IMG/VR virus record: IMGVR_UViG_3300014202_000331
Length of the DNA: 43,339 bases
Direction: 5' to 3' (one strand)
Origin: a virus
Shown here: positions 9,374 to 16,602 of the stretch, one piece after another
Layout: each line of letters starts with the position of its first letter
Numbering within the stretch: position 1 is the first letter of the stretch
Notes under the pieces: generated by a model
Database searches by the model: none
What the model was told of the DNA's origin: nothing
The model's input: only the letters and a program-made list of their open reading frames with translations
Made by a program: the position numbers and the translations under genes

Positions 9374-9781
9374 CTAGCCTCCGGTCCTGCGGATGAGTAG
9401 CGGCGCGTCCTGCGCCTTGACGATCGTGTCGCCGTCGTCGAGCCGCGCCTCGAAGGTGACGAGCGCTTGGCGGTTCGGCTTGTCGACGCCCACCGAGAGA
9501 GAGACGACCTCGGAAACGCCCGGCGTGGACGCGATGACGTCGCGGAAGATCTGCGAGATGAGCGCCCGGTTGGGGTTCGGGCGCATGATCTGCTGGTAGT
9601 ACGGCACGCCAAGTCGTTGGTCTAGAAACCACTCGCCCCGGAAGAACGCGAGCCGCCATCCCAGGCGCAAGATGACCGCGTCGGGGCCGCGCACGCTGCG
9701 CAGGGTCGACGGATCGAGCTCGGTGTAGCCCGCGGCTTTGACCGGGGGCAGGCCCGAGACGGTGCGCCAGGAGAAGATCAT
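9374..9781 (-). CDS. Baseplate wedge protein (gp25/W-like or DUF2634)
   Basis: 135 aa, immediately upstream of baseplate J. GEWFLDQRLGVPYYQQI core. Assigned by size and position. Confidence 0.6.
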   Translation of the reverse strand: MIFSWRTVSGLPPVKAAGYTELDPSTLRSVRGPDAVILRLGWRLAFFRGEWFLDQRLGVPYYQQIMRPNPNRALISQIFRDVIASTPGVSEVVSLSVGVDKPNRQALVTFEARLDDGDTIVKAQDAPLLIRRTGG

Positions 9782-10944
9782 TTCAGCCGCAACGACCTAC
9801 AGGCGAAGCCTCCGCCGAACGCGATCAGCCCGTCACCGTCGAGCCCTCGGACCCAGCATTGAACGTGCTCACCGAGCGGCGGCGCGGGGTACTGCGACCA
9901 CGTGACGCCCGAGTCCGTCGAGACGAACAGGCGCCGATCTCCGAGGGGGCGATCGAGGTCTTTCCCGGTGACGATCCACACGCCATCCCAGGAGATGCCG
10001 TCGACCCACGCGACCGAAAGATCGACGTTCGCCCCTAGCGAAGTGCGCTGCGTCCAGAGCAGGCCGTCTTCGCTGGTCCAGCACTCGCCGTCCGCCGTGA
10101 GGAGCACGACCAGGCCGCGCCGATCGTCGAAGGCCACGGAAGCCACGTTGGCCGAGAGCAATGGTTCGGTGGTGCCGCGCGTCCATGACCCTGCGCCCGT
10201 GGGATGCGTCCACATTCGACCGACAAGGTCGACCGCGAGAACGAAACCATCCACGGGGATCACCCAGTAGATCGCCGACGTCGGGAGCGTGCCTCCGAGC
10301 GTGCGCGAGACGTTCGCCGGGAGCCCTACGACCTTGGGCGTCCCACCAATGTCCTGCCCGTACGCGTAGAAGACGTCGCCGCCCGCTGTGATGTTGGCGT
10401 CGCTGTTGGCGACGACGCCCGTGATCGTCATGTCGTTGAGCGCCGCGATCAGGTTCTTTCCGACGTTCCACGCGCCGCCGACGCAGGAATACTCGCCCCC
10501 CTCTTCGACGACGATCGTCTGTGTTCCCTTGTGAGCGATCGCTTTGAGATCCGTCGGCGAGCCTGGAAAGCTCGTGTCATCGGTCCAGAAGAAGCCGTCT
10601 TCGCTCCGCGAGACGCCGTCGGGGCGCAAGGCCCACACGACGCCCATCGGCTCGTCGTACACCGCGCAGCGCGAGACGTTCGCGGGCGGGGAAGACATCC
10701 CCGTTGCGCGTGCGGACCAGTTGAGCACCTCGAGCAAGTCAGCTCGGGCGGTGCGCGCGCTGACGTCGTGCAGCACGGAGTTTGCCCACGCGGCGGGGAG
10801 TCGCTTGTTCGGCAAGAAGCCGCGCGCGAGGATGCCGTCGGTGGGGCGTACCTTCGCGGGCGAGCCGCTCCATGGGTCACTGCCCGCGGGGAAGTTGTCG
10901 TCGGTCGCGAAGACGATCGGAGGGTCGAGAGGTCGTGCGGTCAT
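9778..10944 (-). CDS. Tail fibre / receptor-binding protein with BNR (Asp-box) repeats
   Basis: 388 aa. Asp-box-like SEDGFFWT, SEDGLLWTQ and STDSGVTWSQ suggest a beta-propeller. N-terminus (PAKVRPTDGILARGFLPNKRLPAAWANSVLH) resembles conserved fibre N-termini. Confidence 0.6.
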   Translation of the reverse strand: MTARPLDPPIVFATDDNFPAGSDPWSGSPAKVRPTDGILARGFLPNKRLPAAWANSVLHDVSARTARADLLEVLNWSARATGMSSPPANVSRCAVYDEPMGVVWALRPDGVSRSEDGFFWTDDTSFPGSPTDLKAIAHKGTQTIVVEEGGEYSCVGGAWNVGKNLIAALNDMTITGVVANSDANITAGGDVFYAYGQDIGGTPKVVGLPANVSRTLGGTLPTSAIYWVIPVDGFVLAVDLVGRMWTHPTGAGSWTRGTTEPLLSANVASVAFDDRRGLVVLLTADGECWTSEDGLLWTQRTSLGANVDLSVAWVDGISWDGVWIVTGKDLDRPLGDRRLFVSTDSGVTWSQYPAPPLGEHVQCWVRGLDGDGLIAFGGGFACRSLRLK

Positions 10945-10950
10945 GGTGCC

Positions 10951-11226
10951 TCAGGTAGATCGAATCCACGCGCGCCACGTCGGATCGGCGTAGCGGTGCA
11001 CGGCATCCGTGACGGCGTTCGCCTCGTTGCCGCCGATCCCACGGTACTCCGAAGCGCTTGCAGCCGCAACGAACACGCGGACGTGGCCCGTTCCGCCGAG
11101 CAGTGGATCGCCACCTCCCCGCGCTCCGATCCACAGGTCTCCGGGCTTCGGTCGGAATCCTGCTCCGGTCGATTGTATATCTATAACGCTTGACGCGAGC
11201 GGGGGAGCGATATACGTCTTGGGCAT
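10951..11226 (-). CDS. Truncated NlpC/P60 (TIGR02594-like) peptidase paralogue lacking the catalytic-Cys half
   Basis: ATG 11226 in track ORF 10951..11325. GDLWIGARGG..GHVRVFV..YRGIGGNEANAV parallels the endolysin C-terminus (GDLAFYRR..GHVVRVS..FGGIGGNEANAV). Shares an identical 26-nt segment with it. Confidence 0.55.
   Translation of the reverse strand: MPKTYIAPPLASSVIDIQSTGAGFRPKPGDLWIGARGGGDPLLGGTGHVRVFVAAASASEYRGIGGNEANAVTDAVHRYADPTWRAWIRST
11012..11037. repeat. 26-nt dispersed direct repeat, copy 1 (ACGGCGTTCGCCTCGTTGCCGCCGAT)
   Basis: Identical to 11786..11811. Both encode IGGNEANAV on the minus strand. The two copies flank the plus-strand island. Confidence 0.9.
11190..11216 (+). promoter_or_regulatory. 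Sigma70-like promoter candidate for the plus-strand island
   Basis: TTGACG (11190..11195), 15-nt spacer, TATACG (11211..11216), in a locally AT-richer patch upstream of ATG 11263. The spacer is short. Confidence 0.3.
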
Positions 11227-11262
11227 GGGCAGCACGGAGCCGCCCACCGGAGCACGACGACC

Positions 11263-11505
11263 ATGAGCACCACGACGATCGAGACGATTATCAATGGTAT
11301 TACTTACATTGTTTGCATTCCGCACGAGGCGATGCGCTCAATCGAGTTCGCAGGCGTCGACGTGGCCGACGACATCCGCCGCATCGTGTCGGGCTCGTCG
11401 TCGGCGGCTGCGCTGCTCGCCGAGTGCGTCGACGGCTGCGAGCCGGAGCACATGGCCGACTGGCGCGACTACGTCGCGGCGCTCGAGATCGCGACGGGCG
11501 CATGA
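11263..11505 (+). CDS. Hypothetical protein (plus-strand island gene 1)
   Basis: 80 aa, MSTTTIETIINGITYIVCIPHEAMRSIEFAGVDVADD... Opposite orientation to the surrounding late operon. GGAG lies 11 nt upstream. Confidence 0.6.
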   Translation: MSTTTIETIINGITYIVCIPHEAMRSIEFAGVDVADDIRRIVSGSSSAAALLAECVDGCEPEHMADWRDYVAALEIATGA

Positions 11506-11535
11506 CCACCGCGACCACTAGGAGCTAGACGACGC

Positions 11536-11826
11536 ATGACCACGCCCGCAGCAGACCGCGTGCGCGGCGATCTGCTGGTGCGCATGACGCCGACGCAGCG
11601 CGCCGACCTGGAGCGCGTGCGCGTCGAGATGGGGCACCGCACGCTCGCCGACACGCTGCGAGCGCTGCCGCAGGTGTGGGACGCGCTGGTCGAGGCTGAG
11701 CGCGACGGAGTCATTCGGTGCTCATTCGGTGCTCACCCGGTACCCCACCAAGTCCGGGTCCCGCAGCGACCTGAGCGCCCACCGCACGGCGTTCGCCTCG
11801 TTGCCGCCGATGCCGCCGAAGTGTGA
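11536..11826 (+). CDS. Ribbon-helix-helix (CopG/Arc-like) protein (plus-strand island gene 2)
   Basis: GDLLVRMTPTQRADLERVRVEMGHRTLADTLRAL fits a beta-strand/helix/helix RHH pattern. The 3' third runs antisense through the endolysin 3' end, so the true C-terminus is uncertain. Confidence 0.5.
   Translation: MTTPAADRVRGDLLVRMTPTQRADLERVRVEMGHRTLADTLRALPQVWDALVEAERDGVIRCSFGAHPVPHQVRVPQRPERPPHGVRLVAADAAEV
11711..11732. repeat. 11-bp tandem duplication (TCATTCGGTGC x2) at the endolysin stop
   Basis: Two exact adjacent copies. Each carries TCA (minus-strand TGA), which explains why track ORFs end at both 11711 and 11722. Confidence 0.9.
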
Positions 11827-13020
11827 GCCGTCGGGGGGCTCGCTCACGCGCACGACGTGGCCCTGACTCCACGAGATGCGAGGGTCGCCGCCGGCTCTCC
11901 TGTAGAACGCGAGGTCCCCGGGCGTCGGCGTGTAGCCGCTCGAGATGTCGCGCCACGTGCCAGCCTCGCGCGCGTCGGAGATCACCTCCCACACCGCCGC
12001 ACGCCACGGCGGCACGAGCTCGCCGTCGGCGGCGGCCTCGCGGTCCGCCCAGCCCTGCAGCGCCGCACACCAGCTCGTCTCGTCGGTCGCCAGCCCGAGG
12101 CGCTTGCCCGCGAGCCCGGCGCCCCGCAGCGCGTGAGCGACGCAGCCGTAGAGGTAGTCGATGATCTGCTGCGTGTGTTGAGGCCCCGGCGTCTCGCGCA
12201 CGCCGAGCTGCTGCCGCACCACCTCGAGGGCGCGCACACCGAGGGACGGCGGCGCCACGAGCTCGCCCATGCGCCCCGGGAGCGCGGCCAGCCACGACAG
12301 CGCCGCTCCGGTCGTCGAGAGCGACACCTCGAGCAGGTCGAACTCGCCCTCGCGCTGGTCGTCGTCGTCGATGTCGGCGGGACGCAGCGCCCACGCGAGC
12401 GCCATAGGCAGCGTCTCGGTCTGCTCGGCGATGTGAGCGGCGGCGTCCATGCGCGCAGAGGGGCTCGACACGACGCGCAGGCCGCCCTCGGTGACGTCGG
12501 CGCCGGGCGGCAGCTCGAGCCCCGTGGCGCGACGCAGGACGGTCAGCGTCGAGGCGTAGGGGCCTTGCTGCCCTGCCTTCGTCGCCCGCTGCAGTCCCTC
12601 GGTGTAGGTCTGCTGGGTGCACGTGAGCACGGCCCTGCACTCGCCGGCCCGAGCTCGCGCCGCGAGGTCTCTCCACACGCGCACCTCGACGGCCTCAGCG
12701 GGCAGTGGCCACGGGCCGCTCGTCCCGTCGATCGCGAGGACGGCGAAGGGGCGCATGCCCGCGAGGAGCAAGCTCCGCACGCTCTGACAGCCGGCACTCC
12801 ACCCGCCGACGATGACGGGCGCGTCAGGTCCGCAGCCGACGAGTCGACGCGCCGCTGAGATGTCCGAGGGCTGCGCGCCGAGCAGCCGCGTCGAGCGGCA
12901 AACGATGCCCGCCCCGGGCGCGGCGGCGCGCAGGCGGGCGTAGACGCCCTGGCCCACGTGGTAGAGCGCCACGAGGGGCGCATCGGGGGACGCTGCACGC
13001 TGCACGACTTGCCAGCTCAT
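11722..13020 (-). CDS. Two-domain cell-wall hydrolase (endolysin): N-terminal alpha/beta-hydrolase-like domain plus C-terminal NlpC/P60 (TIGR02594-like) peptidase
   Basis: 432 aa. The N-terminal half has a GxSxG-type elbow (VIVGGWSAGCQS). The C-terminal half has ETSWCAALQGWA (Cys), GDLAFYRR, GHVVRVS and GGIGGNEANAV. Confidence 0.7.
   Translation of the reverse strand: MSWQVVQRAASPDAPLVALYHVGQGVYARLRAAAPGAGIVCRSTRLLGAQPSDISAARRLVGCGPDAPVIVGGWSAGCQSVRSLLLAGMRPFAVLAIDGTSGPWPLPAEAVEVRVWRDLAARARAGECRAVLTCTQQTYTEGLQRATKAGQQGPYASTLTVLRRATGLELPPGADVTEGGLRVVSSPSARMDAAAHIAEQTETLPMALAWALRPADIDDDDQREGEFDLLEVSLSTTGAALSWLAALPGRMGELVAPPSLGVRALEVVRQQLGVRETPGPQHTQQIIDYLYGCVAHALRGAGLAGKRLGLATDETSWCAALQGWADREAAADGELVPPWRAAVWEVISDAREAGTWRDISSGYTPTPGDLAFYRRAGGDPRISWSQGHVVRVSEPPDGSHFGGIGGNEANAVRWALRSLRDPDLVGYRVSTE
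11786..11811. repeat. 26-nt dispersed direct repeat, copy 2
   Basis: Identical to 11012..11037. Confidence 0.9.
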
Positions 13021-13109
13021 CGGGGCGGCCTTTCAGGCCGCGTGGCGGCCACCATCAGGAGCATGAGGCACACGACCAGGGCGAACGCCTCCGAGTCTGA
13101 GAGAGTCAC
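13017..13109 (-). CDS. 30-aa hydrophobic peptide coupled to the endolysin (possible lysis accessory)
   Basis: VTLSDSEAFALVVCLMLLMVAATRPERPPR. GTGA overlap with the upstream stop and ATGA overlap with the endolysin start. One predicted TM segment. Below the track cutoff. Confidence 0.35.
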   Translation of the reverse strand: MTLSDSEAFALVVCLMLLMVAATRPERPPR

Positions 13110-13312
13110 GGCGTCGGGGTGGGCTCGTCGTCGGGCGGTGGCGCCGGGTCGGTGTCCGCGGTCTCTTCGTGCGACACGAGCCGCGCGACGCACGAGCCGA
13201 GCCCGCCGCACGTGTCGCACGGCACGCGATAGCGTGGCGGCGCCTCGACGCAGCCGACGCCGTTGCAGGCCGGGCAGACGACTTCGACGGTGACGGGTGC
13301 GCCGGTGGTCAT
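13106..13312 (-). CDS. DnaJ-type cysteine-rich zinc-finger protein
   Basis: 68 aa from ATG 13312 (ATGA overlap with the methyltransferase stop). Two CxxCxGxG motifs (CPACNGVG, CDTCGGLG) and an acidic Pro-rich tail. Confidence 0.55.
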   Translation of the reverse strand: MTTGAPVTVEVVCPACNGVGCVEAPPRYRVPCDTCGGLGSCVARLVSHEETADTDPAPPPDDEPTPTP

Positions 13313-14484
13313 GCTGCAAGCCTCCTGCGAGCGGTCGCGATGTACTCGGCCTCGCGTTCGATGCCGATGAAGCCGAAGCCCTCCTCGCGACACGCGAGCG
13401 CCGTCGTGCCGGAGCCCATGAACGGGTCGAGCACGATGCCTCCGGGCGGCGTGATGAGCCGCACGAGATAGCGCATGAGCGCGAGAGGCTTCACCGTGGG
13501 GTGTGTGTTGCCCTCGCCGCGCTCGCGCTTGCTGGCCTTCGCGCAGTAGAAAAAGCGAGAGGCGCTGCCGGAGTCGTGGAGGGTCTGGGTCTGGTACCCC
13601 GTGGCACTGGTGCCGTCGAATCCGATGCCCGTCCCACCTCGCTTGCCTGTTTGGCGACCTCCGCCGCAAGCAGAGCGTGCTCCCGGAAACACCGCCTCCA
13701 CCTCGTCGCTGCCGTCGTGGATCAGATTCGCGGGCCAGCGGCCGAGCGGCCGCTTGAACTCGCCAGCGTTGACGCCTGTTGCGTAGCTGCTGGCGTCTTC
13801 TTTGCGCTTGCTGCCGTTGCTGTATGCGCCACCGTTCAGGTCGTCCAGCGTTGCGACCCTGCACCCGTCGATATTCAGCGCGCCCGTTCCGTGCCGCTGC
13901 ACGTTGTCGGCGACGGTACCGCGGAATGGCGCTCGGGCGAGCGTGATCGGCTCGAGCGCGGGCTTGAGAGCCGTCCCCCAGCCGGACCACTGGCGCGCGG
14001 CGTCGGTCGCTGGGGCGGTTTCAGACATGCTTCGCGCAATGGCGGTGGGGTCGCTTTGCCAAGGGCGCCTCCACCCGTCGTGCAAGGCGTGCCCGCCTCT
14101 TGAATGCACGTTGGGCCTAGGTCCCACGACCTCCCGCTTCGCACCCGCTGCCTCGTCGATCGCCTTCGACACGTCGAGCGACTTCGGGAACCCGCTCCCG
14201 TAGACCCATGCGAGCATGTCGCGGATCTCGAAGCCTCCATCTTCGATGCGCACGGCCATTCGATGCTGCGTCCGCGTGCCAGCGAATGCGAGCAGATGCC
14301 CGCCCGGCTTCACGACGCGCAGGCACTCGGCCCACAGCTCGACGCTCGGGACGTCGTAGTCCCAGCGCTTACCCATAAACGCGAGCCCGTAGGGCGGGTC
14401 GGTCACGATAGCGTCGACACTTGCCGACGGCATCGCGCGCAGCACGTCGAGCGAGTCGCCGTGGTGGAGAATGGGCGACGTCAT
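13309..14484 (-). CDS. DNA methyltransferase, N6-adenine/N4-cytosine type (DPPY, beta-class order)
   Basis: 391 aa from ATG 14484 inside track ORF 13309..14967. IVTDPPYGLAF near the N-terminus, THPTVKP and LDPFMGSGTTALA near the C-terminus. Confidence 0.9.
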   Translation of the reverse strand: MTSPILHHGDSLDVLRAMPSASVDAIVTDPPYGLAFMGKRWDYDVPSVELWAECLRVVKPGGHLLAFAGTRTQHRMAVRIEDGGFEIRDMLAWVYGSGFPKSLDVSKAIDEAAGAKREVVGPRPNVHSRGGHALHDGWRRPWQSDPTAIARSMSETAPATDAARQWSGWGTALKPALEPITLARAPFRGTVADNVQRHGTGALNIDGCRVATLDDLNGGAYSNGSKRKEDASSYATGVNAGEFKRPLGRWPANLIHDGSDEVEAVFPGARSACGGGRQTGKRGGTGIGFDGTSATGYQTQTLHDSGSASRFFYCAKASKRERGEGNTHPTVKPLALMRYLVRLITPPGGIVLDPFMGSGTTALACREEGFGFIGIEREAEYIATARRRLAA

Positions 14485-14687
14485 CGCAGCGGCCCGCCGT
14501 CTTTCGGCACCGGGTCGGTGTCGAGCCGTGCGAGCGCCTCGGCGCGCGCGGCGTCCATCGCGTCGTCGGTCGCGGGGAGCGCCGCGGGGCGCAGCTTCGG
14601 CTCGACCTGCATGGCGAGCGGCAGCAGGTTGCGGCCGATGATCTCGCCCAGGCGGACGAGCAGGCGCAGCACTTCGGCGACGCTCAC
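14481..14687 (-). CDS. Hypothetical protein
   Basis: 68 aa. GTG 14687 overlaps the upstream stop (GTGA) and the stop overlaps the methyltransferase ATG (ATGA). Reads VSVAEVLRLLVRLGEIIGRNLLPLAMQVEPK... Confidence 0.4.
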   Translation of the reverse strand: MSVAEVLRLLVRLGEIIGRNLLPLAMQVEPKLRPAALPATDDAMDAARAEALARLDTDPVPKDGGPLR

Positions 14688-15421
14688 CGTGCACCCCCAG
14701 CGACCGCAGCGGCCACGAGCTCCGAGGCTTCGACGGTCGCCGCCACCGCGGGCACGAGCGCCGCGATGTCGCCGCGAGCCTGCGCGACCTGGATCGCCAC
14801 GACGAGCGCGAGGTGAGCGCCGCGGAGCCCGCGGTACGCGTCGCGGAGCGGCAGGCACACGCCGTCGAGGCGCGCCACGTCGGCGAGGTCACCCGCGGCG
14901 CGGTACCCATCGACGCAGCGGGTCTGCAGCTGCTCGGCCGCGACCTCGCCTGCGTCGCGGGAGGCATTCGCCACGACGATGGCGCTGGTGATGGGCGAGC
15001 CGCAGCCGAGACCGTTGCACGCGGCGGAGGTCAGCACGCCGATGCACAGCGCGAGCGTGAGCATGCCAGGGGGCGCCTTGTCGAGCGGGTCGCGCGGCTT
15101 CTCGGTCGGCGGCGCGAGTGCCAGGCCGTGAGCCATCGCCTCGTATGCGGCCCGCTGCGAGGCGTCGAGCGCGTGCCATTCGGGCAAGGGCTTCCCGTTC
15201 GCGGCCTTGCCGTTCGTCGCCGATCGGTACAGCTCCCAGAGCGCCTCGCCTGAGCGCGGGGCGGCATCGGGGAACAGGCGCGCGAGGAGCCCGAGGTACG
15301 GCGCGAGACCGGGCCAGCGGGCCACGAGCGCAGGGTAGCCGCGCGATAGGAGCAGCATGCCGAGGCCGACGAGCAGGAAATGGCCGAGCGGCGTGGAGGC
15401 GAAGTCTTGGATCTGTTGCAT
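14684..15421 (-). CDS. Membrane protein (possible holin or lysis component)
   Basis: 245 aa from ATG 15421 (GAGGAA upstream). Hydrophobic segments LGHFLLVGLGMLLLS and MLTLALCIGVLTSAAC. Function is guessed from context only. Confidence 0.45.
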   Translation of the reverse strand: MQQIQDFASTPLGHFLLVGLGMLLLSRGYPALVARWPGLAPYLGLLARLFPDAAPRSGEALWELYRSATNGKAANGKPLPEWHALDASQRAAYEAMAHGLALAPPTEKPRDPLDKAPPGMLTLALCIGVLTSAACNGLGCGSPITSAIVVANASRDAGEVAAEQLQTRCVDGYRAAGDLADVARLDGVCLPLRDAYRGLRGAHLALVVAIQVAQARGDIAALVPAVAATVEASELVAAAVAGGAR

Positions 15422-15428
15422 TGATTCC

Positions 15429-16022
15429 TCAGCAGTGTTGGAGCGCGAGCACGACGCCCCCGCCCACGGTGAGCCAGCCGACGACCTGCCCGACCCACCG
15501 CAGGACGGCAGACCGGCGTTCGCCCTGGGCGCGGATGCTCTGTCGAGCGCGCTCGTTTTCGATCGCGTGCGCATCGGCCGCAGTCTCGAGCACGCGCGCA
15601 GCAATCTCGGAGAGCCGCCCATCGTCGGGCCGCGACGCACGAGCCTCGCGCGCGTCGTCCGCGGCGCTGAGCGCCTTCGATCGTGTCAGCGCGAGGTCGC
15701 TACGTAGCGCGCGCAGTTCGTCGAGCACGAGGCGATGTCGTTGCGCGTGGAGGTCCTCTTGCGCGTCGACTCGCGTGCGCAGTGTGGAGACGTCCGCCGT
15801 GAGCACGAGCAGCGCGTCGGCGTGAGCGTGCCCGCGCTCGCGGGCGTTGCGCTCGACGGCTGCGATCGAATGCCCGAGCGTCGCTTGGCGCGCGCTAAGC
15901 GACCGCACGTCGGCGAGGAGCGTGTCGAGGCGCTCGTCGTCGCTCGCAGCGTTGCCGGGCCTGCGCTCGGATTCGGCGCCGTCGTCGAGGTGCTCGGAGC
16001 CGTTGCCGCTCACTTGCTGCAC
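15429..16022 (-). CDS. Coiled-coil protein with a C-terminal transmembrane anchor
   Basis: 197 aa. Long heptad-like Arg/Ala/Asp/Leu region, then VLRWVGQVVGWLTVGGGVVLALQHC. GTG start. Preceded by a 121-nt gap (16023..16143). Confidence 0.5.
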   Translation of the reverse strand: MQQVSGNGSEHLDDGAESERRPGNAASDDERLDTLLADVRSLSARQATLGHSIAAVERNARERGHAHADALLVLTADVSTLRTRVDAQEDLHAQRHRLVLDELRALRSDLALTRSKALSAADDAREARASRPDDGRLSEIAARVLETAADAHAIENERARQSIRAQGERRSAVLRWVGQVVGWLTVGGGVVLALQHC

Positions 16023-16143
16023 CGCATTGCTCGTGGTACGACGTTGGTGTCAGTCGGGAGCGCTACACACCCTCTCGACGTGCCCGGGCAACGTGTACGC
16101 AGGAGCCTCGCGCGAGCGGGGCTTCGGCGTTTCTCCCGGGCGC

Positions 16144-16602
16144 TCACTTGCCCCGAGCCTCGCCGCTCGCGAGCGCATCGGCCGCAGCGCGCTTCGCTCC
16201 GGCATCGGTCTTCGCCGCGTCGATCTCGGCCTTGGGGGCCTTGCGCGATTCCAGCGCGCGCACGACGGCCTCGGCGTCGTCGGCCGCGCGCTTGGCGCGC
16301 TTGACCACGATCGGCTCCCAGCCTGGTGCGAACTTCTCGCGCAGTGGCGCAGGCAGGGCAGCGATAGCGGCGTCCTCGGCGTCCTCCTCGGCGAGCGCCG
16401 CGGCGACGTCGAACGGCGGCAGCGGGCCGCGACCGCACGCCGGGTGCAGCACGTAGAGTGCGCCATCGACGGCGAGCACGCGCACGGCTTCTAGCTGGTG
16501 CGGCGCGATGTTCGCGTCGTTGAACGTGGCCATGTCGGCCGGGTCGACGAGCGAGGGAGCCGCGCCGTTATGCGGAGTCATGAGGTTCATCGTGCGAATC
16601 AT
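16144..16602 (-). CDS. Hypothetical protein (possible fibre-associated)
   Basis: 152 aa. ATGA-coupled to the upstream 619-aa structural gene. Confidence 0.5.
   Translation of the reverse strand: MIRTMNLMTPHNGAAPSLVDPADMATFNDANIAPHQLEAVRVLAVDGALYVLHPACGRGPLPPFDVAAALAEEDAEDAAIAALPAPLREKFAPGWEPIVVKRAKRAADDAEAVVRALESRKAPKAEIDAAKTDAGAKRAAADALASGEARGK

Noticed and set aside
14900-15100. Internal MLTLALCIGVLTSAAC as a lipoprotein (o-spanin) signal inside 14684..15421
   Set aside because: It is in frame with the larger ORF rather than a separate embedded gene. The residues before the Cys (S-A-A) do not fit a standard lipobox, which has Leu/Val/Ile at -3.
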